A DNA stretch of 64,000 bases from NCBI GenBank assembly GCA_964016885.1, contig OZ024757.1, positions 3,410,001 through 3,474,000 on the forward strand, in the 5' to 3' direction. Positions 13,488 to 27,200 of this stretch are shown one piece after another; positions within the stretch are counted from its first letter, which is position 1; the number at the start of each line of letters is the position of its first letter. The notes beneath the pieces are model-generated. The model made no database searches and was not told where the DNA came from. It saw nothing but the letters and a program-made list of their open reading frames with translations. A program made the position numbers and the translations under genes. This DNA comes from Eledone cirrhosa. Lineage: Eukaryota.

Positions 13488-13852
13488 GGGGGTGGGGTGG
13501 GGTAGGGGTGTTGTCGGTGTAGTGGTTGGGGGTGATGTTGGTGTAGTGGGGTGGTGGGGGGGCTATGTAGTGGTTGGGGGTAGTGGTGGGGTGGTAGTGT
13601 TCGTGGAGTGAGGGTGGGGTGTTGTTGTTGGTATAGGGGTGTGTGAGGGTGGGGTGTAGTGGTGGTGGTGGTGGTGGTGGTGGTGGGGAGGGTGGTGGTG
13701 TTGGTGTAGCCGTGGGGTGGTGGGCTGGTCTTGTTCGTGCGGTGATATGGTGGGGTGATGGGATAAGATGTTGTTGTTGGTGGTGGTGGTATGGTCGTGT
13801 GGTGGTGGGGTGTTGTTGTGGTGGTGTGGTGGTGTTATTTCCTGGTGGTGGT
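13488..13852 (+). repeat. G/T-rich (GGT)n-like low-complexity tract
   Basis: Runs of ggt/ggggt; G-quadruplex potential on the plus strand. Confidence 0.85.
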
Positions 13853-14189
13853 CAGGTCGGGGACGGCCTGGGCTAATGTTTAAGAGGAACAATAGCAATG
13901 AGTGTTCAATGAAAATTAATAGAAAAATGAAAGAAAACAAGATCGATAAGTTGATTGATTTTGTAGCTTTTCTGTTGATACCGAGCAAAGGTTGGTATAG
14001 ACATACACACACACACACATATATATATAGACATATATATATACACGTATATAAGCACACATATATATCTTTATATATATATACATATATATCTTTGTAT
14101 ATATATATATACTTATATTTATATATACAAATATACATACATATATATATAGGCACACATCAATATACAATTATAAACATTATATATTA

Positions 14190-14345
14190 ACTTTGCCTTT
14201 CATCCTTACGGGATCGATAAACTAAAGTACCAGTAATACACTGGGATAATTGCTGGCCTTGTGCCAAAAGTAGTAACAGTTATATATATATATATTTATT
14301 AATTGTTTCTACTTTTGGCACAAGGCCAGCAATTATCCCAGTGTA
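14190..14345. mobile_element. Nin-type SINE 3' fragment with an inverted copy of its tail across a short (TA)n
   Basis: atacactgggataattgctggccttgtgccaaaagtag followed by ctacttttggcacaaggccagcaattatcccagtgtat. Confidence 0.75.
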
Positions 14346-14432
14346 TATATATATATATATACATATGGCCATGTGTATATATATGTGTGTGTGTAACATT
14401 ACATCTCATCGTTTCTAAATGAAACCACTCAC

Positions 14433-14462
14433 CCAAACGGATCCTTTCGTCCAGTGAAATCC
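14433..14462 (-). CDS. Candidate 30-nt C-tail microexon of the mGluR (R-DFTGRKDPF-G)
   Basis: aaattttttag|GGATTTCACTGGACGAAAGGATCCGTTTGG|gtgagt. Symmetric phase 2-2, matching the phase-2 end of the 7TM exon, no stop, long pyrimidine tract upstream. No transcript evidence. Confidence 0.6.
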
Positions 14463-14481
14463 CTAAAAAATTTGAAGACGT

Positions 14482-14510
14482 GGAAGAAAATGAAGAAGGA
14501 GAAGAAGAAG

Positions 14511-14543
<33 letters not shown>

Positions 14544-14736
14544 AGAAGAAGAAGGAGAAGGAGAAGAAGAAGAAGAAGAAGAAGAAGAAGAAGAAGAAGA
14601 AAAGAAGAAGAAGAAGAAGAAGAAGAAGAAGAAGAAGAAGAAGAAGAAGAAGGAGGAGGAGGAGGAGGAGGAGAAGAAGAAGAAGAAGAAGAAGAAGAAG
14701 AAGAAGAAGAAGAAGAAGAAGAAGAAGAAGAAGAAG
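14482..14736 (+). repeat. (GAA)n/(GGA)n polypurine tract
   Basis: About 250 nt of almost pure purines; reads (UUC)n in the receptor pre-mRNA. Confidence 0.97.
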
Positions 14737-15054
14737 ACAACATGAAACGACAATGTCTGTCTGTAAATCAGGATTAGAGAGACAGATCTATCTGGAAAAA
14801 ACAAAAAACAGCTGTGTTCGATAAAATATCTTTTAAGACGGTACCCCTGCATGGCTGCGGTCCAATGACTGAAACAAAGAGTATAGGCCGCACACCCGAG
14901 GTTTGTCAAATAAAGGTATGTACTCTCGGCTCCCAAATAATCGCTAATTTTTCTAGGTTGTCTCTCTTGATTTAAAAAAAACACAGAATTAGTCGTTTAG
15001 TTTACATATTGAGACCCTAACCCATCCTATTTTATAACATATAGGATTTCTAGT

Positions 15055-15410
15055 AAATGTTTCTACTTTTGGCACAAGGCCAGCAATTATCCCAGTGTAT
15101 TATTGGTACTTGGATTGGCAGTATCGGTAGAGGGTCGGACGCCATGCTTTCCAGCATAGTTACGTCCCTTTACGATCTGAGTTCAAATCCCGCCGAGGTT
15201 GACTTTGTCTTTCATCCTTACGGGGTCGATAAAATAAAGTACCAGTAATGCACTGGATAATTGCTGGCCTTGTGCCTAAAGTAGAAACAATTATTGGTAC
15301 TTTATTTTATCGATCCCGTAAGGATGAAAAGGAAAATAAACCTTGGCGGGATTTGAATTTAGACCGTAATGGGACATAACTCTATGCTGAAAAGCATGGC
15401 TTCCGATCCT
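15055..15410. mobile_element. Cluster of the same Nin-type SINE: inverted tail, plus-strand copy (~15108-15292) and minus-strand copy (~15293-15410)
   Basis: Same boxes and tail as the 32910 copy, in both orientations. Confidence 0.8.
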
Positions 15411-16147
15411 AATGTTCTTTTGTTGTCATGTATAATCTTTTTTTAATGTCTAAAAAAAATTAATTATCGCAGGAATGCTGCTACTTAAAATAATATTTTG
15501 CTGGAGACAGATGAGGAAAATTTAATAAGTGGGATGGGGGATTATTTGAGACCTAAGTCTACCTTATTGACCTCCCATTATATTGACCAGTAATGCATGG
15601 GTAATTGCTGGCCTTGTGCCAAAAGTAGAAACAATTATATTGATTTCATGAGATTTCATACTTGCCTGCTGAAAAGCAGCTCCCTAGTAGACCACATTAT
15701 AACTTTATGGCCAATACAGGGACAGAGCGATTATTGGAGGCTCGAGAGTACCAGTTAACTACTGTGATTAGTTCTCCCTATATACATACTGTGGCTTCAT
15801 TGAATAACAGTTGAGAGTGTAGTTACAACTGAAGAGTTATGGCGGGTTAAGTGTGTATCGGAGGAGGGGGGTATCTGATTGGGTTGTACTCAATACCTCG
15901 CACAAATGTTTATAGGGCTCGAAATAAATTTGTTTCGTTGGCCTCAGGCAGAGATTCTCAAAGTGGGCTCTACCCCCCCCCCCCCCTCGTTGAGAAGGTC
16001 CAGGGGGCACTGGGGCCTAAGGGGGTGGTGCGGTGGGTAAAGATAATATAATAGTATATTAAATATCAAATGATACATATTATATATATATAGTAAAATA
16101 TAGAATATATATTTATTTATACAGAGTATATATATTACATATATATT

Positions 16148-16545
16148 AGGGCGGTAATTTGGCAGTATCGGTAGAGCGTCAGAAACTATGCTTTGTAGCA
16201 TAGAGTTATGGCCCTTTACGTTCTGAGTTCAAATCCGCTGAGGTTAATTTTGTCTTTCATCCTTACGGGGTCGATAAAATTAACTACCAGTAATGCACTG
16301 GGGTAATTGCTGGCCTTGTGCAAAAGTAGAAACTTTATTTATTGTATACTATTTACGGTGGATTGGCAGTATCGGTAGAGGGTCGAACGTCATGCTTTGA
16401 CGCATAGAGTTACGGCCCTTTCCATTCTGAGTTCAAATCCCGCTGAGGTCAACTTTGCCTTTCGTCCTTACGTGGTCAATAAAATAAAGTACCAGTAATG
16501 TACTGGTTAATTGCTGGCCTTGTGTCAAAAGTGGAAACAATTATA
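16148..16545 (+). mobile_element. Two tandem Nin-type SINE copies
   Basis: Two units starting (g)ggcggtaatttggcagtatcggtagag and cggtggattggcagtatcggtagag, each with the B box and GGCCTTGTG tail. Confidence 0.82.
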
Positions 16546-16667
16546 TACTATTTACACGTTGCGTGTAGGAGGGTCTCTTTGGAAATAAGCGAGAGGGGTG
16601 CTGAGGGTATTATGTGGCCGTGGGGGTGGGGTGGGGTGGGGGTGGGGGGGGCACCAAACGGTTTTAA

Positions 16668-18447
16668 AAGACTCCCCCTGGACAGGACAACAGTCTATAG
16701 TGTGACTGAGAGCACAACACTCCCCCTGGACAGGACACCAGTCAATGGTGTGGTGTGACTGAGAGTACAAGACTCTCCCTAGACAGGACCCCAGTCTATG
16801 GTGTGACTGAGAGTACAAGACTCCCTCTAGACAGGACACTAGTCTATGGTGTGACTGAGAGTACAAGACTTCCCTTAGACAGGACACTAGTCTATGGTGT
16901 GACTGAGAGTACAACACTCCCCCCTAGACAGGACAACAGTCTATGGTGTAACTGAGACTACAAGACTCCGCCTCGACAGGACACCAGTCTATAATGTGGT
17001 GAGACTGAGAGTACAAGACTCCCCTAGACAGGACACCAGTCTATGGTGTGACGGAGAGTACAAGACTCCCCCTGTACAAGACACCAGTCTATGGTATGGT
17101 GTGACTGAGATTATAAGACTCCCCCTAGACAGGACACCAGTCTATGGTGTGGTGTGACTGCGAATACAAGACTCCCTCTAGACAGGACACTAGTCTATGG
17201 TGTGACTGAGAGTACAAGACTCCCCCTGGACAGGACACCAGTCTATGGTGTGACTGAGAGTACAAGACTCTCCCTAGACAGACACCAGTATATTGTGTGG
17301 TGTGAATAAGAGTACAAGACCCCCCTAGACAGGACACCAGTCTATGGTGTGACTGAGCGTAGAAGACTCCCCCTGGCAGGACACAAGTCTATAGTGTGGT
17401 GTGACTAAGAATACAAGACTCCCCTTATATAGGACACCAGTCTAAGGTGGGACTGAGAATACAAGACTCCCCCGTAGACAGGTCACCAGTCTATGGTGTG
17501 GTGTGATTGAGAGTACAAAACTCCCCCTAGACAAGACAGCAGTCTATGGTGTGACTGAGAGTACAAGACTCCCCCTAGACAGGACACCAGTCTAATATGT
17601 GACTGAGGATACAAGACTACCCTTAGACAGGACACTACTCTATGGTGTGACTGAGAGTACAAGACTTCCCCTTGACAGGACACCAGTCTATGGTGTGACT
17701 GTGAGTACAAGACTCACCATAGACAGGACACCAGTCTATGGTGAGACTGAGCGTACAAGACTTCCCCTGGACAGGACACCAGTCTATGGTGTGACTGAGA
17801 GTACAAGACTTCCCCTAGACAGGAGTATAGTCTATGGTGTGTTGCGACTGAGAATACAAGACACCCCCTAGACAGAACACCAGTCTATGATGTGGTGTGG
17901 CTGAGAGTACAAGACTCCCCCTAGACAGGACACCAGTCTATGATGTGGTGTGGCTGAGAGTACAAGACTCCCCCTAGACAGGACAGCAGTCTATGATGTG
18001 GTGTGACTGAGAGTACAAAACTCCCCCTAGAGAGGACACCAGTCTATGATGTGGTGTGGCTGAGAGTACAAGACTCCCCCTAGACAGGACACCAGTCTAT
18101 GATGTGGTGTGGCTGAGAGTACAAGACTCCCCCTAGACAGGACACCAGTCTATGATGTGGTGTGGCTGAGAGTACAAGACTCCCCCTAGACAGGACAGCA
18201 GTCTATGATGTGGTGTGACTGAGAGTACAAGACTCCCCCTAGACAGGACACCAGTCTATGATGTGGTGTGACTGAGAGTACAAGACTCCCCCTAGACAGG
18301 ACACCAGACTATGGTGTGGTGTGACTGGGGGCACAAGACTCCCCCCCCCCTGGACAGGACACCAGTCTATGATGTGGTGTGGCTGAGAGTACAAGACTCC
18401 CCCTAGACAGGACACCAGTCTATGATGTGACTGAGAGTATAAGACTT
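16668..18447 (+). repeat. 48/53-nt minisatellite (roughly 35 units), SINE-derived
   Basis: Unit GTGACTGAGAGTACAAGACTCCCCCTAGACAGGACACCAGTCTATGGT(GTGGT), the reverse complement of SINE segment ~8057-8100. Confidence 0.92.
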
Positions 18448-18812
18448 TAGACTAAGACACAATAATATGCAAGACCTATTATAATATTTCATGGCCAGTA
18501 TCCCCATGGAGGTTGGGTCTATCTCTGATTAAGGGAGGTTATATTGGCATGAAAACCGAGAGGTTTTGAATTTGGAGAAAAATTAAATTGGGATTGAAAG
18601 CGATAAAGTGACACACAGACAGAATGACGAGGCTAAATTAGGGGGAATTTATAAGCAACAGTTCATATATATATATATATATACATTCATTGATTATATA
18701 CATATTTATACATATATATATATATACATTAATTAATTATATATAATATATATATATATATATATATGAAAAGTATAGAAATTATTGTAGCAAGAAGCCA
18801 ACAGTATTCCAT

Positions 18813-19150
18813 AAAATGCTGAGGATGGCTCTGAACATTAATCAGTATACACTGAGGATGAAAAACTCAGAGCTGTATGGGAGCATCCCAAAAGTCAGCT
18901 CAAAAGTGACACAGGGGAGACTGAGGTTGGCTGGACATGCTCACCGACATCCAGAGTTGATATTGCACTCAGTGCTCCTTTGGGAGCCCCTACATGGACA
19001 CACTAGAAGAAGAAGACCAAGGTTAACATACGTTGATGCCCTAAGGACAGACACTGGTCTGTTGGAGATACAGGATATAGCAGCGATAATGAGGGACAGA
19101 GACCGCTGGAGAGAACTCGTCCATGGATCTCGGGAATTTTACCCGCCTTA
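18813..19150 (+). mobile_element. RTE-like LINE 3' fragment
   Basis: RLRLAGHAHRH...LLWEPLHG...RRRPRLTYVDAL...DRDRWRELV, a typical RTE/RTEX C-terminus, ending at (TA)n. Confidence 0.75.
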
Positions 19151-19351
19151 GATATATATATATATATATATATTTCCAAGCGTTAAACTAAATTTTTCAT
19201 TGTGCTGTCATTTGCTTTGTTATTTCCGTTTAATTTTTGCACACACACACACATGAATATGTATGTATATATATATGTATATATGTATATACATATGTAT
19301 AAGTATACATATGTATATGTACATATATATACATTCACACACGCACATGCT

Positions 19352-19397
<46 letters not shown>

Positions 19398-20409
19398 TAT
19401 ATATTTAATCGATCTATATACATGTAAAAAATACTAATATCAAATGATATCGATATACATTCCTTTGTGCATCGTTTAAACTTGTAACATTTTAGGCTCT
19501 GAACTAATGTTATTGAAAAACACAATCGATATATATTTTTTATGTATCGATTAAGCTGAAATTTATTATATTCCTGCTTGTAATTTTTCAATTAGTTGAG
19601 TCGCCTTTGGGACTTGCTTGGAGCTATATTTAGTGTTATTTACGGTCTTTCTTCTCATATTGCTTTTCTGTTAAACGTTATTTTAATACCACGTGGACAC
19701 ATTTTTCATTTACGCCCGACCATATAACTGGTAGATTGCATAGTTTATATGAGACCGATTGCTAGCGATGAGTAAAATGGCGGCTTTAGAGACGCTAATT
19801 ACGAAAATTGGCAATTGATGATTCATACTAAATACTAAGATTGATGTTTTGCCTCTTTTCTCCAATTTCTTGAAACAGATCTGTCTAGGTCTACCATCTA
19901 GATGTACCTACTAAATAGGAATTTTAAATTGACCGCCTTAAAGAATCATGTCTGACAATGTAATCGTTATATACACATACAACGTACTAACAGTTTCTCA
20001 AATCATATTATCGGTATATACTCCTTTATGTAACATTAAGATTTGTTGTAAAATTGGAGGCTCTGGAAATTTTATTGAATTGTTTTATTGAGAAACACAA
20101 TCGGGATATATTCTTTATATATCGATTGTATACATTGTATACATTGTATACACTCACAAACACACACACAAACGCGCACACACACACATATACATGCATA
20201 TATATATATATATAAACAGAAATATAGGTAAACAGAAATAACAACACAGTACAGTATATGGAAGGAATATATTAGTTTAACGCTTCAAATAGCAGGAAGA
20301 GGGTCATCAGAAGAAAGACTGAGAAATTAGATGGATTGAAAGGACGGACGGGTTGGAATTGTAAAACATGTTTTAAAAGAAAAATAACAGGTCCATTCAT
20401 GTTGACATC

Positions 20410-20488
<79 letters not shown>

Positions 20489-20941
20489 AGACTTAATATT
20501 GCCAAACATTACTATTTTGAAGCTCAATGTGTTTACGTTATTATTGATAGAAATTCAGAATACTATACATACATTCTATACTATACATACATTCATGTAT
20601 ACATCGCTATTTCAGAGCACCAATCCCAATTTTTTATTTTTGCTGGTCCGGCTATCGCTCTGTACAGTCAGTTCCTGATTATTACTGTAATTCTATGAGA
20701 ATCCAGCCTCTATAATATTCAGCAGAGGATCTGAGGAACACCAACAGTGTGAAACAATCTGTCAGCTTCTCTCCCTTCCTTTGCCGAAAAAAGAAGTGAG
20801 TGACATAGTCACTAATTTAAAATGATAGAGCAAGGTCTTCAAAATGTTTTTAATTAAACATACAGTATATTGCCAAATATACTATACATACATATTTATA
20901 TATATATATTTTTGTTTTGTATATATGTATATATATATATG

Positions 20942-20973
<32 letters not shown>

Positions 20974-21213
20974 CATACATATATACAAATATATACACAC
21001 ACATATATATATATAAATATAATATATATAAATATATATAAGCATATATACGCATATATATATATACATATATATAAGCATATATATATATACACACATA
21101 TATATATATATATACGCATATATATATACATATACATATACGCATATATATATGCGCATATATATATATATCTGTGTATATATATACGTATATATAAATA
21201 CACATATACACAC

Positions 21214-21265
<52 letters not shown>

Positions 21266-21400
21266 TTATATATATATATACGTATAGATATCTATATATA
21301 AATATACGCATATATATATGCGCATATATATATATATGTATATATATATACACATATATATATGTATATATATATATATATACGCATATATATGCATATA

Positions 21401-21432
<32 letters not shown>

Positions 21433-21956
21433 AGTTAAAGCAATGAAATAAAAAATCAATTCATTAGAGATATACGTTTTCAACATATGGATTACATTGA
21501 GTTCTTCATGCAGAATAGACCCCACAATTTACGCATATATATATACGCATATTTATATATACATATATATATATACGCATATATATATACATATATATAT
21601 ACATATATATATATATGCATTTATATATATACATGTATGTATATATATGCATATATATATATATACACACGCATACATACATATTTAGATATATATATAC
21701 ACACACTTATATATATACATATATATATATATGTGTGTGTGTGCGTGTGTATGTATGTGTGTCTGCATGTGTGTATGTGTGTATGTGTGTGTATGTGTGT
21801 ATGTGTGTCTGTATGTGCGTATATGTGTATGTGTGTCTGTATATGTATGTGTCTATGTGTGTATGTGTGTATGTGTGTGTGTATGTGTGTGTGTGTGTCT
21901 GTATGTGTGCATGTGTGTCTGTATGTGTATGTGTGTATGTGTGTGTGTATACCAAC

Positions 21957-22854
21957 CTGTAGCCATCCAAACTGTCACTGGAACTGAAAGATCTGCCAGT
22001 GTTTCCGATGTGGCATCGTACATCCTTGGACGTGGTGAACGCACTGCGTGTGTTCTTCTCAGGGCAATATATGATGATGTAGACTTTGGGGAAGAAGAGC
22101 AATACAAGGGCGACAATTGCTGATAGACTCACTGACACACACATGGTGAATACTTTACTCTCACTCTCGAAATATATGGGCAAGAAGCCAAGCCAGATAA
22201 CACAAGTCGTGTACATTGTGAAGCCAATGAATTTGGCTTCATTGAAGTTCTCCGGCAAGTTACGTGTTTTTACCGCGTATAAGGTACACATCATGATTAA
22301 AAACAAATCGAATCCAAGCGGCACAATTGTGCCAGCGGGGCTGGTGTTACATAGAAGAATGACGCGTTTTTCGGTCGGATAGTAAAATGTAGAGTCAGCT
22401 GGTTCAATAACCAACATTACAGTTATGATTGTTGATTCGATTCCGATTAAAAGACATGTAATGACCACTTGAGCTGAGGCGCTCATGAAACGAGGCTTCT
22501 TTGTCATAATCTTTTTACTGCCCTCCAGAATGCGGGCGATTCTGTTGGTCTTGGTGACAAGGGCTCCGTAGATACAGGAAAATGACAGGCCCGGTATGAT
22601 ACGTGTGAAATAACAGGTTACGATTGTCGGTTTGGCAACTAGCACAAAGTTTGAGGTCAATGCAAAGATTATTCCAGCCAGAATTATATAACTGAGTTCT
22701 CGGGTGGATGCCTTCACTACAGGGGTGTCGTTATAACGGATGAAAACCACACCAACGAAACATGTGGTGAGGATTCCGATACATGCCATAGCGATCGCGA
22801 TTATGGCCTCCGTGAAGTGCCAGTTCATGTGTTCAATCTTGATCATGCGGCATG
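21957..22854 (-). CDS. GRM5-like: mGluR exon: complete class C GPCR 7TM domain and proximal C-tail
   Basis: Motifs [65 protein letters not shown] and [15 protein letters not shown] match group I mGluRs. Acceptor ttacag, donor AG|gttggt. 898 nt, phase 1 to phase 2. Confidence 0.96.
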
Positions 22855-22973
22855 CTGTAAAGATACAGAAATATATTTACATGTAGAAATGGTTGGATAC
22901 AACACTTTATATAATATACACACATAAGCACACACACAGATGCAAGCACACACATGCACATGCGCACACAGAT

Positions 22974-23061
<88 letters not shown>

Positions 23062-23366
23062 ACACACACACACACACTATATATATATATAGAGAGAGAG
23101 AGAAAGAGAGTTATGTATAAATGTCTCTACACTAATAGACGAAATATAAAATTATCCGGAGTCTTATTATAATTATTTGTAATAAACGAAAGATATATAC
23201 TTTATAACCTCTCTATTTCATTATATATATTTCGAGGATGTAAAGTTTTATGTATAACATAAAGCAAACATGTCCTCCTCAGACAGATAGAAAATGTTAT
23301 CCAAGGAAAATTCAACTGATAAGGTATGTTTCCTTGGCTATGTCAACATTTATAAAACACACTTTG

Positions 23367-23427
23367 TATTTTATCTGATGAGCGCGTACCAAAGTTTTGG
23401 TACCCTTGAAATATATGTAATAGAATA
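23367..23427 (+). ncRNA. Type I hammerhead ribozyme, family of 7364
   Basis: UAUUUUAU-CUGAUGA-[G..GUACCAAA G UUUUGGUAC..U]-GAAA-UAUAUG-UA-AUAGAAUA. Confidence 0.7.
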
Positions 23428-23572
23428 AATATGGTTTTATAAATAGTTTCCATTTATTTAATATCATTGAATATTTACTCCAGAAAACCAGTCGAGTGCT
23501 CTGAATCTGTTATAAATATATCTGTTGAATTACCAACAAATTAAATATCACTTTGCTTATATATATATAGAA

Positions 23573-23652
<80 letters not shown>

Positions 23653-24004
23653 TTCTACAGGACTAGAACTGTTTCATTCTTTAGAAATTATCAGGAATCT
23701 CTGATGATTTCTGATGATTTCTAAAGAATGAAGAAACAGTTCTAGTCCTGTAGAATCTCATCTATATTAAAACTTTTATACTCTGCTATGTATTGAGTAC
23801 CTTACTTACTGTGGTTACCTCCGATTCAACCCGGAATAACGTAGACATATATATATATATATTTAGAACCCTCAGATAAATGGAAAAAGACGAGTATTGA
23901 CGTACATGTACGTCAATATTCATCTTTTTCCATTTAGCTGAGGGTTCTAAACGCCGTTATCAAGCTAAAATTCCTTTAGTCAAAAATACGGTTAATATAT
24001 ATTG

Positions 24005-24069
24005 TATTTTGTCTGATGAAGGCATACCATAATTTAATTTGGTATCCCTGAAATATGTATAATGAAATA
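24005..24069 (+). ncRNA. Type I hammerhead ribozyme, family of 7364
   Basis: UAUUUUGU-CUGAUGA-[AGGCAUACCA...UGGUAUCCCU]-GAAA-UAUGUA-UA-AUGAAAUA. Stem II covaries with the 7364 copy (AAG/CUU versus AGG/CCU; ACACCA/UGGUGU versus AUACCA/UGGUAU). Confidence 0.82.
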
Positions 24070-24108
24070 AATATGGTTTTATAAATATAGTTTCCATTTA
24101 TTAATATC

Positions 24109-24175
<67 letters not shown>

Positions 24176-24185
24176 AACCAGTAAG

Positions 24186-24279
24186 ACCCCGACGGCTGAG
24201 CTCAAGCCGTTTCGACGACTAATTCTGGACTAAATAAAAATTTATCCTGGTATTTAAATAGCCGAGCTTCTCAAGGGGT
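24186..24279 (-). ncRNA. Variant U3-A8 hammerhead ribozyme (inverted copy, sense in the receptor pre-mRNA)
   Basis: Same as 28394-28487 except that one stem II G-C is G-U, plus a loop change. Confidence 0.7.
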
Positions 24280-27200
24280 AATTCTATATATGGTCAAAGT
24301 GATTGTCAAAAGTTAGTAGTAATTCTGGGATGGCAAATTAGTAGGGGAGATGGTGGCTAAACCTGCCAGTAGGAGAAAAAGGGGAGGGGGTAGAGTAGAC
24401 CCAATCATGCGTTGGTAGTGCCGGCTACAGCTGGGCATGAGGTCAAAGAAGATACTGGGGAGGGGGAGGAAGTCGAAGCGGTAGGTAGAACAATGAGGGA
24501 TAAAAATATATATATGAAAGAAAAAATACTGAGAGTGATGAAAAGCGAATAAGTGTAAAGAAAAAAGAATATATAAGCAAGTTCTACGACCTAAGTCTCT
24601 AGCTATTGTTAGGCTAGATAAATAAATAAAGAAAGAAAGAAAGAAATAAAGAAATAACGAAATAATTAAATAAACTAGGTGGGACGGAATAGGAAAGGAC
24701 CCTTTTAAGAGGTATAAGTACGTAAATCATACGGTGACGGGTCAACAAATGGGGCCAAAATACTAAAGAAGCTACCACGAAATAAATAATAAAGGTTTCT
24801 ACCCCGGGCACAAGGCCATCAACCACCCAGTGCAGAAAAGTAAACTAGTACGAGATAATAATTCTGAGTCCCGAAAAAAATATACTAATGCTAACTCTAA
24901 AGGTACCGCCACGCTACAAATTCTTATACCAGCTACATGAAAGTTCGTACGAAGTAAAGGTAGAACACGGAAAAATAAATTCAGAATCCACCCCGCCCAA
25001 AAGAAAAGAGAAGAAAGAAATACTGAAACGAGAAATTAAGGCATAAGTGCCACTAAGAAATATAGAAGGCACGGGAAAAAGGGGGGAGCGGTCGGAAAAG
25101 GGGGCAAGTATCCGAGGTCTAACACAACTGCTATAAAAAGCGGAGTCCGCCAAATCTATCATAGACTAGGGGAGGGGGTGGGGGTACTGAGGCTACAAGG
25201 GGCCAAAGGGCAGCCTCGGGTGGGCGAGAAAAAGACGCCGACAAAGAAGAAGAACTGGGGTAGAAGGACTAAGGAGGGATGGGATAAAGAAGGAAAAAAA
25301 GGAAGCGATAAAAGAATAAAAAGAAGATCTTACGTCTCCCTTGGCAAGTAAGGGGTTACCCATTGCAAAATCGGCAAGTGGGGTGTTATAGCCCTAGTCT
25401 ACCCCCCCCCCCCCCCCGATCATTATGGGGTTTGAGGGCGAGGTAAGTCCTACGCAATCTATGTTTACATGCAGTAACCAGTTCATCTTTCTTGTTTAGG
25501 AGTTGGTCCGTCGAAAACAGCATTTGTAAAGTTTCCTCCGAGCATAAATTGCACGGACGGCGTCCTCCCGTGTAAGAGTTAGCTCTGGACAGTAATCTCC
25601 AAGTGAGATCATAGGTGATGTTGTTGTCCTTAAGGTCCCATATGTGGCCCGAAAGTGTAGTGGCGTGACGCCGGGCCGGGTTTCGGAAGGTATGTCTATG
25701 TTGGTATAGCCGGGTCTTGAAGTCACATGCGGTTAGTCCTATATAAGCTTTGTTGGAGGTGTCCGTCCTCACGTTGCACTGGTAGATCACATTACGGTCT
25801 CTGCATCTATTGTCGAGTGGGCAAATGGATCTATCCGTACAGTTGCACCTCCTGGTAGGCTCTCCACTGCTATTTAGGTTATTTCTTCCATCGGGGTTGA
25901 GTTTTTTGTTGTTAGAGGAGACGATGTTTTGTGCGAAGTTTGGTGTAGTGCTGTAAGAGAGTTTGATGGTATTTTTGTTAATTATGTTGCGGTAGCGGTG
26001 TTGTAGTGGGAAGTGTTTTTCAATGAGCCTAAAAAATATTTTCCCGATGGGAGTTGTCACCTCTGCGTTGTGGGGAGGATTGAACCATGTTACATTGCGT
26101 GAGCGGCGGTGTCTCCTGCTGGTTCCGCTAATGGGAGCTGGACAGTAGGATATTTCTTCCCGGAAACCACTCCGCTTGAGGGCCTGGTTGTAATAAGGCG
26201 CATGTTCATCGAATAGCCGCTCATTAGCTGACAAACGGGATATGCGGAGGGAGATGTTTTTGACCAGGTTGTTGGTGATGTTCCTAGGATGGTTTGATCG
26301 GCGGTGGATGTAGTGCAGGTTGTCATTAGGTTTCCTGTATGGGTAGTACAGGTCGTTTTCGAGGTCGAGGGTCACGTCCAGGAAGTTTACTCGGGTCAGG
26401 GACGTTGTAGGGTTATTTTAAATCCCCAGTCGCGGAAGAAGCTGATTAATTGTTTCCGGACCCGATCTGTACTACTGGGGTTGTACCCTTTAAGGGTAAG
26501 GAGCCCATCATCACGGTATAATCCACCACCGAATGCAGGAAACATATCGGTGAGTTTGGCTATTAGGAATAATCCTATAAGATCTGTGACCTCCGCCGAA
26601 TCCGTGGCGCCCATGCTGACGTCGAAGGGAAAATATTCTTTAGGCTCATTGAAAAACACTTCCCACTACAACACCGCTACCACAACATAATTAAAAAAAA
26701 TACCATCAAACTCTCTTACAGCACTACACCAAACTTCGCACAAAACATCGTCTCCTCTAACAACAAAAAACTCAACCCCGATGGAAGAAATAACCTAAAT
26801 AGCAGTGGAGAGCCTACCAGGAGGTGCAACTGTACGGATAGATCCATTTGCCCACTCGATAATAGATGCAGAGACCGTAATGTGATCTACCAGTGCAACG
26901 TGAGGACGGACACCTCCAACAAAGCTTATATAGGACTAACCGCATGTGACTTCAAGACCCGGCTATACCAACATAGACATACCTTCCGAAACCCGGCCCG
27001 GCGTCACGCCACTACACTTTCGGGCCACATATGGGACCTCAAGGACAACAACATCACCTATGATCTCACTTGGAGATTACTGTCCAGAGCCAACTCTTAC
27101 ACGGGAGGACGCCGTCCGTGCAATTTATGCTCGGAGGAAACTTTACAAATGCTGTTTTCGACGGACCAACTCCTAAACAAGAAAGATGAACTGGTTACTG

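Noticed and set aside
16668-18447. CRISPR-like appearance of regular repeats (also 31481-31793 and 45314-64000)
   Set aside because: Head-to-tail tandem units with no unique spacers, no cas genes, and a eukaryotic context.
19760-19825. Hammerhead-like stem II and GAAA-AUUGGCAAU
   Set aside because: The core reads GCGAUGA and the cleavage position is G; degenerate. The same applies to the partial motif at ~30790-30850.
21707-21956. C-terminal extension of the 7TM ORF (LVYTHTYTH...)
   Set aside because: Read-through past the GT donor at 21956 into a CA/TA microsatellite.
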